Source of the DNA: Candidatus Oxydemutator sp.
Lineage (GTDB): Bacteria; Pseudomonadota; Gammaproteobacteria; Poriferisulfidales; Oxydemutatoraceae
Length of the DNA: 64,000 nucleotides
Assembly: GCA_965203445.1 (NCBI GenBank)
Contig: OZ241883.1
Coordinates: 2,176,001 to 2,240,000 of the forward strand
Direction of reading: 5' to 3'
The notes under the pieces were generated by a model. That model made no database searches. It saw only the letters and a program-made list of their open reading frames with translations, and had not been told where the DNA came from. This document shows, piece after piece, positions 8,556 to 19,739 of this stretch (position 1 is the first letter of the stretch; every line of letters begins with the position of its first letter). A program made the translations under genes and the position numbers.

Positions 8556-10872
8556 GGCCCAACCTCCTGACTTCGGCAAACGCCTGCGGATGTCTGCTCC
8601 TCGCAAACTCGATAATCTCGTCGTCGCTCGCGGCCAGCCCCGCGTTCTTCGGATCGTTGCGCCACGCGCGAACGTAGCCCGCAACGCCGCCCATCTGCGT
8701 CAGTTTCTGCGACGTGAAACGCTCGGCGTCGTCGGCTTTTTCTATCTCGACCAGCACCGAGTAAAAACACGGACTCATGCCGAAGTCGGTCAGGCGCTGG
8801 GAATTGAGCGCGTTGGCGTTGACGCCACCCAGCGTGTTGCTGCCCTTGAACTGCTTTTGCGTTCCGCAGACGCCGGGCAGCAGGCCGTCAATAATCACCG
8901 CGTGGCAGTAGGTCTCGCCGCGGTCGTTGTAAAGGCGCACCAGATCGCCGTCCTGGATGCCGCGCGCGGCGGCGTCCTCGGTGCTCAACTCGACGGTCGG
9001 GCGCGACATCATCGCGCGCAGGCGCGGCACCGACTGGAACGAGTCGCCGATGAAATAATGCGTCGCGCTGCTCAACACCTGGATCGGATAATGCCTGCGC
9101 CGCCAGTGATCCTCCTGGCCCTCCTCTTCGGGCACGTAGGTCGGGAACGGGGGCTGGCCCATTTCCTTCAGGGCCTCGCTGTAGATCTCGATCTTGCCGC
9201 TCGGCGTAGGCCAGCCGTTCTTCAGAAAATTGCGGCGTTCGGACTCGACGCTGCCGCGCACCCAGCCGTTCTCCTCGAGCTGCTCGTAGGTGACGCCTTC
9301 CAGCAGCGGATGCGAGTCGGCGTCTATGATCTCGCGCACCATCTCCTCGTCGGTCTGGGTAAAGGCGTTGTCGCCCTCCTCGACGTAGCCCATGCGCCGC
9401 GCCAGCATCCGGAACAGCTCGGTGTTGCGCACGCTCTCGCCGAGCGGCTCGATCACCGGCTTGTTCATGTTGAAGTGGTAGTGGCCGTAGGCCGCGTGCA
9501 GGTCCATGCGCTCGAGCTGAGTGTCGGCGGGCAGCACGACGTCGGCGTAGTCGCAGGTGTCGGTCCAAAACGTGTCGTGCACGGCGACGAACAGGTCGTC
9601 GCGCATCAGGCCCCTGCGCACGCTGTTGGTATTCGGCGCGCAGTTGGCCGGATCGGAGTTATAGACGAACAGGTGCTTGATCGGCGGGTCGAGCTTCTCG
9701 TCGTCGACGCCGACGTCCTCCGACAGCGCGCGCCCTATCTGCACCATGTTGACGATGCGCGACTCGGCGCGGTTGCCGAGGTCGGGGCGCTGGAGCTTGG
9801 CGAGCGGAAACTTGAGCCACATCTCCTCGAGCGTGCCGAACGCCGCGCCGCCGCACTTCTCGCGCCACGAGCCGGTGATGCACGGCAGCGTCAACACCGC
9901 GCGGCACATCTGGCCGGCGTTCTGGTGGCGGTTGAGGCCGTAGTTCGCGCGGATGTAGGTCTTTTCGGTACGCGCGTATTCGAGCGCGAAGCTGCGGATT
10001 TCGGCGGCCTCGAGGCCGGTGATAGCGGCCACCCGCTCGAGCGGATAATCGGGCAGTTTCTTGTCGAGAAACTCCTCCCAGCCGAGCGTCTGCTCCTTCA
10101 GAAAGTCGCGGTCGCTCAGCCCCTCGTCGTTGATGATCTTCATCATGCCGAGCGCCAGCGCGCCGTCGGTGCCCGGACGCGGCTGTATGTGCCAATCGGC
10201 CATCATCGTCGTGCGCGTTACGCGCGGGTCTATGACGACCAGTTTCGCGCCGCGCGCACGTGCTTCCTGGATGAACGGAATCGCATGCACGCCGGTGCTG
10301 ACCAGGTTGGCGCCCCACAGGATAATCAGATCGGCCTCCTCGCAAGCGTCGTGGATGGACGGCCCATTCGCGATTCCGTAGGTGTAAATGCCGGCCCACA
10401 TCGCCGCGTAAATGCAGATGGACTGCTCCAGGCGGGCCGCGTTCATCCTGTTCCAGAAGCGCTGATCCATGCCCCAATAACCGAGCATCCCGAGCGTGCC
10501 CGAATACGAATAGGGCTGCACCGCCTCGGAACCGTACTTCTCGATGGTCTTCTTCATGTCGCCGGCCACCGCGTCGAGCGCCTCGTCCCAGCTGATGCGC
10601 TCGAACTTCGCGCCGGGACCTTTCGGGCCGACGCGCTTGTGCGGGTAAAGAACGCGGCTGTCGTTATAGACCAGTTCGAGGTAATGGTTGACTTTGTTGC
10701 ACAAATACCCCTTCGTGACCGGGTGCGTCGGGTCGCCCTGGATACGCACGGCCTTGCCGCTCTTGTCGTCGCGCGTAACGAGCATCGAACAGGTGTCCGG
10801 GCAATCGTGCGGACACGGCACGTGGTGAATCGAGTGGCCTTCCGGTGCCTGTATCTTGGTGCTCAGTGTCAT
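8548..10872 (-). CDS. Molybdopterin (bis-PGD) oxidoreductase, DMSO-reductase superfamily, YoaE/YyaE-like subgroup
   Basis: CPHDCPDTC...GYLC Fe-S motif, ILWGAN, VVIDPR.T.T, ADVVLPA; AAAGGAGG RBS; no Tat signal. Confidence 0.9.
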   Translation of the reverse strand: MTLSTKIQAPEGHSIHHVPCPHDCPDTCSMLVTRDDKSGKAVRIQGDPTHPVTKGYLCNKVNHYLELVYNDSRVLYPHKRVGPKGPGAKFERISWDEALDAVAGDMKKTIEKYGSEAVQPYSYSGTLGMLGYWGMDQRFWNRMNAARLEQSICIYAAMWAGIYTYGIANGPSIHDACEEADLIILWGANLVSTGVHAIPFIQEARARGAKLVVIDPRVTRTTMMADWHIQPRPGTDGALALGMMKIINDEGLSDRDFLKEQTLGWEEFLDKKLPDYPLERVAAITGLEAAEIRSFALEYARTEKTYIRANYGLNRHQNAGQMCRAVLTLPCITGSWREKCGGAAFGTLEEMWLKFPLAKLQRPDLGNRAESRIVNMVQIGRALSEDVGVDDEKLDPPIKHLFVYNSDPANCAPNTNSVRRGLMRDDLFVAVHDTFWTDTCDYADVVLPADTQLERMDLHAAYGHYHFNMNKPVIEPLGESVRNTELFRMLARRMGYVEEGDNAFTQTDEEMVREIIDADSHPLLEGVTYEQLEENGWVRGSVESERRNFLKNGWPTPSGKIEIYSEALKEMGQPPFPTYVPEEEGQEDHWRRRHYPIQVLSSATHYFIGDSFQSVPRLRAMMSRPTVELSTEDAAARGIQDGDLVRLYNDRGETYCHAVIIDGLLPGVCGTQKQFKGSNTLGGVNANALNSQRLTDFGMSPCFYSVLVEIEKADDAERFTSQKLTQMGGVAGYVRAWRNDPKNAGLAASDDEIIEFARSRHPQAFAEVRRLGHE

Positions 10873-10991
10873 GTTTTTGTCCTCCTTTAATCCATTCCCG
10901 CTCCCGGTGCGGGAGCGTCCGCCTGCATCCGACGGTTATACCACGCCTGCCGTTGCCGCAAGCGAGGCGCGGACGCCGCCAAAGCGCCGCG

Positions 10992-11576
10992 TCACAGGCT
11001 AGGCGAACGGCTCTTGATCAGCTCCATGAATTCGGTGCGCGTGCGCGGGTCGTCGCGAAAGGAACCGAGCATCGCGCTGGTCACGGTCTTGCTGTTCTGT
11101 TTCTGCACGCCGCGCATGACCATGCAGTAGTGCACCGCCTCGACGACGACGCCGACGCCGCGCGCGCCCAGCAGCTCCATCAGGCTCTCGGCGATCTGGT
11201 TCGTCATGCGCTCCTGCACCTGCAGGCGACGCGCGTACACGTCCACCGCGCGCGCAATTTTGCTCAGGCCGATGACTTTGCCGGCGGGCAGGTAGCCGAT
11301 GTGCACCTTGCCGGTCATCGGCAGGATGTGATGCTCGCACAGGGAATAAAACTCGATGTCCTTGACGATGACCATCTCGTCGCAACTGACGTCGAACATC
11401 GCGTCGCGCGCGACTCTGTCGACGTTCACATCGTAGCCGCTGGTCAGAAAACGCAGCGACTCGGCGACCCGCTGCGGCGTCTTTACCAGTCCCTCGCGCG
11501 ACGGATCCTCGCCCAGCTCTCGCAACAGCCGGACAATCAGATCGGCGATCCGCCCGTTGTCATGATCCACGTCCAT
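10992..11576 (-). CDS. folE: GTP cyclohydrolase I
   Basis: [36 protein letters not shown]. Confidence 0.97.
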   Translation of the reverse strand: MDVDHDNGRIADLIVRLLRELGEDPSREGLVKTPQRVAESLRFLTSGYDVNVDRVARDAMFDVSCDEMVIVKDIEFYSLCEHHILPMTGKVHIGYLPAGKVIGLSKIARAVDVYARRLQVQERMTNQIAESLMELLGARGVGVVVEAVHYCMVMRGVQKQNSKTVTSAMLGSFRDDPRTRTEFMELIKSRSPSL

Positions 11577-11654
11577 CGTTTTCCTTATCGTTATCGGGGC
11601 GCGTGGTCGTCGGCGCGTAGCGTGCCCGGGCGACCGCCGACGACCGCTTGCTCC

Positions 11655-12386
11655 CTACAGATCCTCGTAGAGCGTGCCGTCTTCGTCGGGGCCGCCTTTG
11701 CCGTCCTTGATCAACTGCCGCCGACGCTCCAGGTAAAAAGAGCGAACCGCGCCGTAGAGATCGGGAGACATTTCACGCACCACCCCTTCCCTCGCAATAA
11801 AACGCTGGCGCGCGTCCACCCTCTCCACCACCGTCAACATCGGGCGCGACGCGCCGAGGTCGAGATAGCTGGGCGGCGACAGCAGGAAGTCCACGATCAT
11901 CGCGGGAAAATCGCGCAGCGTACTGGGGCCCAGCAGCGGCACCATGAAATACCCGCCGTCGCCGACGCCCCAGACCGCGAGCGTCTGCCCGAAATCCTCA
12001 TCGGACTTCTCGAGACCGGCGAACGTCGCCACGTCGAAAAGTCCGACCAGACCGAACGTGGTGTTGATGACGACGCGCATCGCGTCGCTGAGCGCGCGCT
12101 CAGGTTTGCCCTGCAACAGATTGTTGATCGCGTTGGGGACGTCCGCCAGGTTGCCGAAGAAATTAGTGACGCGGTTGCGGACAAAGGTCGGTAGCAGGCC
12201 GTAGCCTTCGGCGACGGGTTTGATTACCGCGCGGTCCAGCGTCTCGTTGACCATGAACATGCCGCGGTTATAGCCCTCTAGGGGATCGGCATCGCTCTCA
12301 TACGCGCCCTGCTTCACCGCACAGCCGCCGGCAACGAGGGCCGCAAGACAAAGCGCAAGCACGCGTGAGTCGGCGATTTTCAGCAT
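11655..12386 (-). CDS. mlaA: MlaA/VacJ lipoprotein
   Basis: Lipobox LVAGGC; DPLEGYNR, EDFGQTLAVWG, PLLGPSTLRD. Confidence 0.93.
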   Translation of the reverse strand: MLKIADSRVLALCLAALVAGGCAVKQGAYESDADPLEGYNRGMFMVNETLDRAVIKPVAEGYGLLPTFVRNRVTNFFGNLADVPNAINNLLQGKPERALSDAMRVVINTTFGLVGLFDVATFAGLEKSDEDFGQTLAVWGVGDGGYFMVPLLGPSTLRDFPAMIVDFLLSPPSYLDLGASRPMLTVVERVDARQRFIAREGVVREMSPDLYGAVRSFYLERRRQLIKDGKGGPDEDGTLYEDL

Positions 12387-12476
12387 GGCAGAGTCTCTAT
12401 CTTCCCGAGCAAAGCGGCGCCCGGTTCGCGGCTTCAGAACGCCGTCGCAGTATAGCACGGTGCACGCCGCCGCGCC

Positions 12477-13700
<1,224 letters not shown>

Positions 13701-13795
13701 CGGCTGCATGACCGGCACGCGGGTCGGCACGTGCGGGGAACTGTGGTGGTATCATAATAAAAACTCCCGCTATCACCAAACCATCCGCCGACGAC

Positions 13796-14827
13796 GTGCC
13801 CGCCGCAAAAAAGCCCGAATTGACCCTGACGGCGCCCGACGACTGGCACCTGCACGTGCGCGACGGCGCGACCATGCGGGCGGTGCTGCCGTTCACGACG
13901 CGGGTTTTCCGCCGCGCGATCATCATGCCGAACCTGTCGCGCCCGGTCACCGACGTCGCCCGCTGCGCGGCTTACCGCGAGCGCATATTGGCCGCCGCGC
14001 CGGAGTGGTTCGAGCCGCTGATGACGCTCTATCTGACCGAGAGCACGCGACCGCGCGACGTCACCGAGGCCGCGGCAAGCAGTTTTGTCCACGCCGTCAA
14101 ACTCTACCCCAGGGGTGCTACGACGCATTCGGACGCGGGGGTTTCCGACGTCGCAAAGATCGGCGGTGTATTGGAGGCGATGCAGCGCCACGACGTGCCG
14201 TTGCTGGTACACGGCGAGACCCCGGATGCGGACGTGGACGCGTTCGACCGCGAAAAAACGTTCATCGAACGCACGCTGATACCGTTGCGCAGGGACTTTC
14301 CGGCGCTGCGCGTCGTTCTCGAACACGTGACGACGAGCGACGCCGTGGACTACGTGCGCGAGGCCGGCGCCCACACGGCCGCGACGATCACGCCGCACCA
14401 CCTGCTGTATTCGCGCAACGCGCTGTTCGACGGCGGCCTGCGTCCGCACCACTACTGCCTGCCGTTGCCGCAACGCGAGACCCACCGCAGGGCCCTGGTC
14501 GCGGCCGCGTGCAGCGGCGACGCCAGTTTCTTCTTAGGCACCGACAGCGCGCCGCACGCCAAACACGACAAAGAAAGCGCCTGCGGCTGCGCCGGCGTGT
14601 TCAACGCGCCCGCGGCCATCGGCATCTACGCGACGATCTTCGACGAAGCCGGCGCGCTCGACCGCCTCGAGCGCTTCGCCAGCGTAAACGGCGCACGCTT
14701 TTACCGCCTGCCGCAAAACCGGGAACGCATCACGCTGGTGCGCGAGGCCGAGAGCGTACCGCGACGGGTGGGCGACGTCGTGCCGCTGCTGGCCGGACGC
14801 GAAGTCGCGTGGCGCCTGCGCGAATGA
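13796..14827 (+). CDS. pyrC: Dihydroorotase (homodimeric type)
   Basis: DDWHLHVRDG, IIMPNL, KLYP.GATT.S, FLGTDSAPH. Confidence 0.96.
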   Translation: MPAAKKPELTLTAPDDWHLHVRDGATMRAVLPFTTRVFRRAIIMPNLSRPVTDVARCAAYRERILAAAPEWFEPLMTLYLTESTRPRDVTEAAASSFVHAVKLYPRGATTHSDAGVSDVAKIGGVLEAMQRHDVPLLVHGETPDADVDAFDREKTFIERTLIPLRRDFPALRVVLEHVTTSDAVDYVREAGAHTAATITPHHLLYSRNALFDGGLRPHHYCLPLPQRETHRRALVAAACSGDASFFLGTDSAPHAKHDKESACGCAGVFNAPAAIGIYATIFDEAGALDRLERFASVNGARFYRLPQNRERITLVREAESVPRRVGDVVPLLAGREVAWRLRE

Positions 14828-15495
14828 CGCGCGCGGCGATGAAAGGGAGCGACGCGCACCCGGGCGACGGCGGCGCGACGTGGATGCAGACGCGCTTTCG
14901 CGGCTTCCTGCCGGTGGTCGTCGACGTCGAGACCGGTGGCTTCAACGAGGATACCGACGCGCTGCTCGAGCTCGCGGCGGTGATCATCGGTGCCGACGGC
15001 GACCACCGGCTGTTCCCGGAAAAGACCGTGCATTTTCACGTCGAACCGTTCGCCGGCGCAAACATGGAAGAGGCCGCGATGAAAATCAACCGCATAGATC
15101 CCTTCCACCCGCTGCGGCTGGCGCAACCCGAGGCGCGGGTGCTGGCGACGCTGTTCGGCGAGGTCGGCGCGGCGCTCGCGTGCTACCGCTGCACGCGCGC
15201 GATCCTGACCGGCCACAACGCGTTCTTCGACCTCAAGTTTCTGCGCGCCGCGGTCGCGCGCAACCGGGTCAAGGACAATCCATTTCACCAGTTCAGCAAC
15301 CTCGACACGGTCACCCTGGGCGCGCTCGCCTACCGCCACACGGTGCTGTCGAAAATCGCCGAGCGCGCCGGCTTCGGCTGGGACGAGGAAAGGGCACATT
15401 CGGCGCTCTACGACGCCGAGATGACCGCGCAAATCTTCTGCCATATATGCAACACAAGATACCGACGCCACCCTGACGAGCGCAATTTTCGCTGA
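14824..15495 (+). CDS. rnt: Ribonuclease T
   Basis: RFRGFLPVVVDVETGGFN, HNAFFD, NPFH.FS, AHSALYD; follows pyrC. Confidence 0.94.
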   Translation: MTRAAMKGSDAHPGDGGATWMQTRFRGFLPVVVDVETGGFNEDTDALLELAAVIIGADGDHRLFPEKTVHFHVEPFAGANMEEAAMKINRIDPFHPLRLAQPEARVLATLFGEVGAALACYRCTRAILTGHNAFFDLKFLRAAVARNRVKDNPFHQFSNLDTVTLGALAYRHTVLSKIAERAGFGWDEERAHSALYDAEMTAQIFCHICNTRYRRHPDERNFR

Positions 15496-15579
15496 AGCGA
15501 TGCAACCCCGCCGCAAAAACACCGGCAAGAATACCCCGTGCGGACGATCCCACCGCCATTCACGTACATTCATGAGCAC

Positions 15580-16827
15580 ATGGACGATAGAATCAGGCAG
15601 CCAATCCGCGCGCTCGTCCGATATGGAAAGAAACCGTTGCCCACAATAAATCAAATCAGGCGGGCGGGCCAGGTAATCGCCATGTATGTAAAGGAAAGCT
15701 TGCGCGACCTGATATACCACGATCTGGAGATAGAAAAATATCCGGTTGTTGCCCGCGTCGTGGGAAAAATACTCTCGCCGCCCGGCCGAACCTACACTGG
15801 CGCCCAGGTCATCAAGGAACCGCTCCCCGGCCACACTGGCACACCCGCCGTCCCTTGCCGCAATGACGCATACACCGTCACCACCTGCCCGGTGGATGCA
15901 CACGTGCAAAAAAGCGGACTCGCTTTCCTGTTTTTTATACCCCTACATTTCACGATATGGATTCGGCGGGTTCCGTGTCGAAACCGAATTTTCTACGGGG
16001 CATTCGAGGACTACATCCAGGCGTCCGCCACCATACGCGACGTAGTACTGTACGATCACGAAGCATTGCTGAAGAGAGGCTATCCATTCGACGCGGGGAG
16101 CGACAATATCTACATTTTTTGGATGCAGCTTCCCCGCTTCATCAAGAAAATGGCAAAAAAGCATCCGCATCTACGAAATAGGCTTCTCATATTGAACGTG
16201 GAGCAACTGGTCGTTCCTCATCACCGCAGACACGCCGGCCTGTACGCCAGGTCGAACCAACCCGAAGTCCTGACTCACAGCCCATCCAACCTGAGGTTTC
16301 TGCCGCCTGGATCCATACACCTTCCGTATCGCCGCCACCTGGAGGAGACGGCGAAACTGAAATCGTATTCGGCGGGCACATTCAAGTACGACGTGGCCAT
16401 TATCGGCGAACAGCAACGCAGAACAAATCTGGTACGCGCACTCGAGGCAAGAGGCATCAAAACCCTTTATATATGGGATAGTTTTGGAAACCCGCGCGAC
16501 GAAGCCATCGGCAAGGCAAGAATTCTTCTGAACGTTCGGCATTCCGGCGTTCACACGATCTATCCGCACATACGTTGCGACCGCTGGATGTTCGCCGGCA
16601 AGCTGATCGTTTCGGAAGACTGCCTCGACCAGGAAAAACTCGACGTCCGCGACAACGTCGTGTTCGCCCCGTACGAACGGCTGGTGGACAAGGTGCAGGA
16701 GGTGCTTGCGGACTTCGACCGCTTTCAGCGCGAATACACGAACAATGACCTGGACGGAATTGCGCGGGACAGAGACGCGCACTGGCATAGATTCGTCGAG
16801 CAGTGCCGGCGACGGTGCCGGCCATAG
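15580..16827 (+). CDS. Putative glycosyltransferase-like protein (GT-B/CgeB-like C-terminus), paralog 1
   Basis: YDVAIIG...RR..L...FG..RDE.IGKARILLNV...RCDRWMFAGKLIVSE; strongly similar to 19732-20946. Confidence 0.6.
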   Translation: MDDRIRQPIRALVRYGKKPLPTINQIRRAGQVIAMYVKESLRDLIYHDLEIEKYPVVARVVGKILSPPGRTYTGAQVIKEPLPGHTGTPAVPCRNDAYTVTTCPVDAHVQKSGLAFLFFIPLHFTIWIRRVPCRNRIFYGAFEDYIQASATIRDVVLYDHEALLKRGYPFDAGSDNIYIFWMQLPRFIKKMAKKHPHLRNRLLILNVEQLVVPHHRRHAGLYARSNQPEVLTHSPSNLRFLPPGSIHLPYRRHLEETAKLKSYSAGTFKYDVAIIGEQQRRTNLVRALEARGIKTLYIWDSFGNPRDEAIGKARILLNVRHSGVHTIYPHIRCDRWMFAGKLIVSEDCLDQEKLDVRDNVVFAPYERLVDKVQEVLADFDRFQREYTNNDLDGIARDRDAHWHRFVEQCRRRCRP

Positions 16828-16882
16828 GCGCGGGGTGGATGTAGTAGAATACGCGCGCCTCCTCACCGAAGAGATACCTCCG

Positions 16883-17470
16883 ATGACACGAAAAACCCGT
16901 GCAAAACCGCGCAACGGCCCGTTCGCGTTCTACCTCGGCGCGTTAGCCGTGCTCGGCGTGGCGCTCGCGGCGCTGGTGCCGGTCACCGCGACCCAGGCGC
17001 CCGCGCCACGCGCAAACGACACCGAAAACCGCTTCAGCGAGACCGTCGTCAGCGCCTATGAGGCCGACGGGCGCCTGCTCTACCGGCTGAACAGTCGGCA
17101 GTTGCATCACGTGACCGGGCGCTCATCAGAACCCCCGGGCGTGCGCCTCGAGGAACCGCGCCTTAGGTACCGCGCGCACGACGGCGCGGCCGTCGAGCTG
17201 ACCGCCGCCGACGGTCGGCTCGCCGGCGGCGGCATCATCCACTTACAAGGCGCCGTCACAGTACGACGCGCGCGCCACGCCCAGCGCGCGGCGGAGACTC
17301 TGCAAACGCGCAACGTCGTCGTCGCGACCAAAGACGGACGCGCGCATACCCGCGAAAAAGCGGTTCTGCGCCGCGGTCGCCTGGTCACCCGGGGCGACGG
17401 CGTATCCGCTGATTTGCGCACCGGCGAAATCCGTCTGCTGTCGAATGTCCGCGTCACACACGCACCGTAG
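16883..17470 (+). CDS. lptC: LPS export protein LptC
   Basis: N-terminal TM and beta-jellyroll pattern; directly upstream of lptA/lptB. Confidence 0.8.
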   Translation: MTRKTRAKPRNGPFAFYLGALAVLGVALAALVPVTATQAPAPRANDTENRFSETVVSAYEADGRLLYRLNSRQLHHVTGRSSEPPGVRLEEPRLRYRAHDGAAVELTAADGRLAGGGIIHLQGAVTVRRARHAQRAAETLQTRNVVVATKDGRAHTREKAVLRRGRLVTRGDGVSADLRTGEIRLLSNVRVTHAP

Positions 17471-17945
17471 CGCGCCCTTCGCGGTGGTGGCGCTGTGCGT
17501 GGCGCTGTACAGTGACCCGTCGGCGCAGGAAAGCGTCCGCACGCTCGAAGTGGAAGCCGACAGCGTCACTTTCAACGAGAATACCGGCGTCAGCGTCTAT
17601 CACGGCAACGTCAAAATCGTGCGCGGCGAGATGACGCTGCACGGCGACGCCGTCGAGGTGTTCACGAAAGACGGCGCGATCTCGAGACTGGTCTCGACCG
17701 CCAAGCCGAGCCGCCTCGTGCGCGACGCCCCCGGACGGACGCTGCACGCCGAGGCGCACCGCATAGAGTATCAGGCCATACAAGGCATCATAGACCTGCG
17801 CGGCGCGGCGCGCATCCGCGACGACTGGAAGTCCCTGACGGGCGACCACATCATCTACGACACGCGCAAAAAAATCGTCAAGGCCACGAAGGACAAAAAC
17901 CGGGTGAGGCTGACGCTGCAACCAGAAAAGAAGAAGCAGCGCTAG
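17445..17945 (+). CDS. lptA: LPS transport periplasmic protein LptA
   Basis: VEAD...Y.GNV.I.RG...L.GD.I.YD OstA-like pattern. Confidence 0.88.
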   Translation: MSASHTHRSAPFAVVALCVALYSDPSAQESVRTLEVEADSVTFNENTGVSVYHGNVKIVRGEMTLHGDAVEVFTKDGAISRLVSTAKPSRLVRDAPGRTLHAEAHRIEYQAIQGIIDLRGAARIRDDWKSLTGDHIIYDTRKKIVKATKDKNRVRLTLQPEKKKQR

Positions 17946-17970
17946 CGCCGCTCCTCGTAGCCAGGTTCTC

Positions 17971-18729
17971 GTGGCTGACAGAAGACAAGGCGCGGGCGGC
18001 AACGGCCACTGCCTGGAGACGACCGGTCTCAGCAAACGCTACGGTCGCCACCAGGCGGTGCGCGCCGCCTCATTGCGCCTCGAAGGCGGCGAAATCGTCG
18101 GTCTGCTGGGCCCGAACGGCGCCGGCAAGACGACGACGTTTCACATGATCGTCGGCTTGGTGCGCGCCGACGGCGGACGCACCGAACTGAACGGCACCGA
18201 CGTGTCGTCGCTTTCGATGCACGAGCGCGCGACGCGCGGTATCGGCTACCTGCCTCAGGAAACGTCGGTGTTCCGCAAAATGAGCGTTGAGGACAACGTC
18301 CGGGCGGCGCTCGAGGCCTGCCCGGCAATGACGCCCAAGGTAATGCAGGCGCGGCTCGAGCAACTGCTCGACGAACTGCAACTGCAGGGCGTGCGCCACC
18401 GGCACGGTATATCGCTTTCCGGCGGCGAATCCCAGCGCACCGAAATCGCGCGCCTGCTGGCGACCGCACCCGCCTTCATACTGCTCGACGAACCTTTCAC
18501 CGGCATAGATCCGCTCTCGATCGTCGAAGTCCAGAAACTTATGCTACACTTGAAAGCGCGCGGCATCGGGCTGCTGATAACCGATCACAACGTCCGCGAA
18601 ACACTGAAAATCTGCGACCGCGGATACATCTTCCATCACGGCGAGATCATCGCGCAAGGAACGCCGCGCGAAATTCTCGCCCACCAGACGGTGCGCAAGG
18701 TGTACCTGGGATCGCAATTCAAAATCTGA
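17971..18729 (+). CDS. lptB: LPS export ABC ATPase LptB
   Basis: GLLGPNGAGKTT, GIGYLPQE.SVF, LLDEPF, LITDHNVRETL. Confidence 0.96.
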   Translation: MADRRQGAGGNGHCLETTGLSKRYGRHQAVRAASLRLEGGEIVGLLGPNGAGKTTTFHMIVGLVRADGGRTELNGTDVSSLSMHERATRGIGYLPQETSVFRKMSVEDNVRAALEACPAMTPKVMQARLEQLLDELQLQGVRHRHGISLSGGESQRTEIARLLATAPAFILLDEPFTGIDPLSIVEVQKLMLHLKARGIGLLITDHNVRETLKICDRGYIFHHGEIIAQGTPREILAHQTVRKVYLGSQFKI

Positions 18730-18740
18730 CCGAGAGGCAC

Positions 18741-19739
18741 ATGAACACACTGCTGATCACGGGCGGCGCGGGCTTCGTAGGCCACGCCGTCATCGAACAT
18801 TTTCTGAAAACCACCGACTGGAACGTCGTTTCGCTCGACCGCCTCGACTATTCCGGCAACCTCAACCGCCTGAGCGAGGTCATCGGCGACGATCCCGACT
18901 ATAAGCGGCGCCTGCGGGTGGTGTGGCACGACCTCAAGGCCGAGATCAACCCCACCGTCGCCTCTCATATCGGCAAAGCCGACTACATCTTTCACGTGGC
19001 CGCGGCCTCGCACGTGGATCGCAGCATCGAGGATCCGCTGTCTTTTGCGATGGACAACGTCGTCGGCACCGTCAATCTGCTGAACTTCGCCCGCCACTAT
19101 CAATCCGACAAGCTGAAGCTACTCATTTATTTCAGCACCGACGAAGTCTTCGGGCCGGCGCCGCCGGGGGTGCACTATCGTGAAAACGACCGCTACGACT
19201 GCGGCAATCCCTATTCGGCCTCCAAGGCCGGCGCCGAGGAGTTTGCGCTGGCGTTCGAGAACACCTACCAGATACCGGTCATCGTGACCCACACGATGAA
19301 CGTGTTCGGCGTCCGCCAGCACCCGGAGAAGTATATTCCCAAGGTCATCCGCCACGTTCTCGACGGCGAGAGCATCCCGATCCACGCCGACGAAACCCGC
19401 ACCATTCCGGGTTCGCGCCACTACATCAGCACCGCGGACGTGGCGCTCGCGCTCGAGTTTCTGGTGTCCAACCACACGCTGCGCGAGAAATACAACGTCG
19501 TCGGCAAAGAGGAGATAGACAATCTGCAACTGGCGCTGAAGATCGCCGACTGCGTCGGCAAGCCGTTGCAATATGAGCTGGTGGATTTCCACTCGTCGCG
19601 TCCGGGGCACGATCTGCGTTACGCGTTGAGCGGCGACAAGATGAAGCGTCTGGGTTGGGAGCCGAGAGGAATCGAGCAGCGGCTGGATGAGACCGTGCAG
19701 TGGTATCTGCGACACCGGCAGAAATGGCTGTATGGATAA
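18741..19739 (+). CDS. rfbB: dTDP/UDP-glucose 4,6-dehydratase
   Basis: ITGGAGFVG, AAASHVDRS, STDEVFG, NPYSASK, RPGHDLRY. Confidence 0.9.
   Translation: MNTLLITGGAGFVGHAVIEHFLKTTDWNVVSLDRLDYSGNLNRLSEVIGDDPDYKRRLRVVWHDLKAEINPTVASHIGKADYIFHVAAASHVDRSIEDPLSFAMDNVVGTVNLLNFARHYQSDKLKLLIYFSTDEVFGPAPPGVHYRENDRYDCGNPYSASKAGAEEFALAFENTYQIPVIVTHTMNVFGVRQHPEKYIPKVIRHVLDGESIPIHADETRTIPGSRHYISTADVALALEFLVSNHTLREKYNVVGKEEIDNLQLALKIADCVGKPLQYELVDFHSSRPGHDLRYALSGDKMKRLGWEPRGIEQRLDETVQWYLRHRQKWLYG

Noticed and set aside
4363-12194. Long plus-strand ORFs (707, 765, 778, 449 aa) and similar ones elsewhere (e.g. 35438-38032 minus)
   Set aside because: Antisense shadows of well-supported genes in high-GC DNA; no recognisable motifs.
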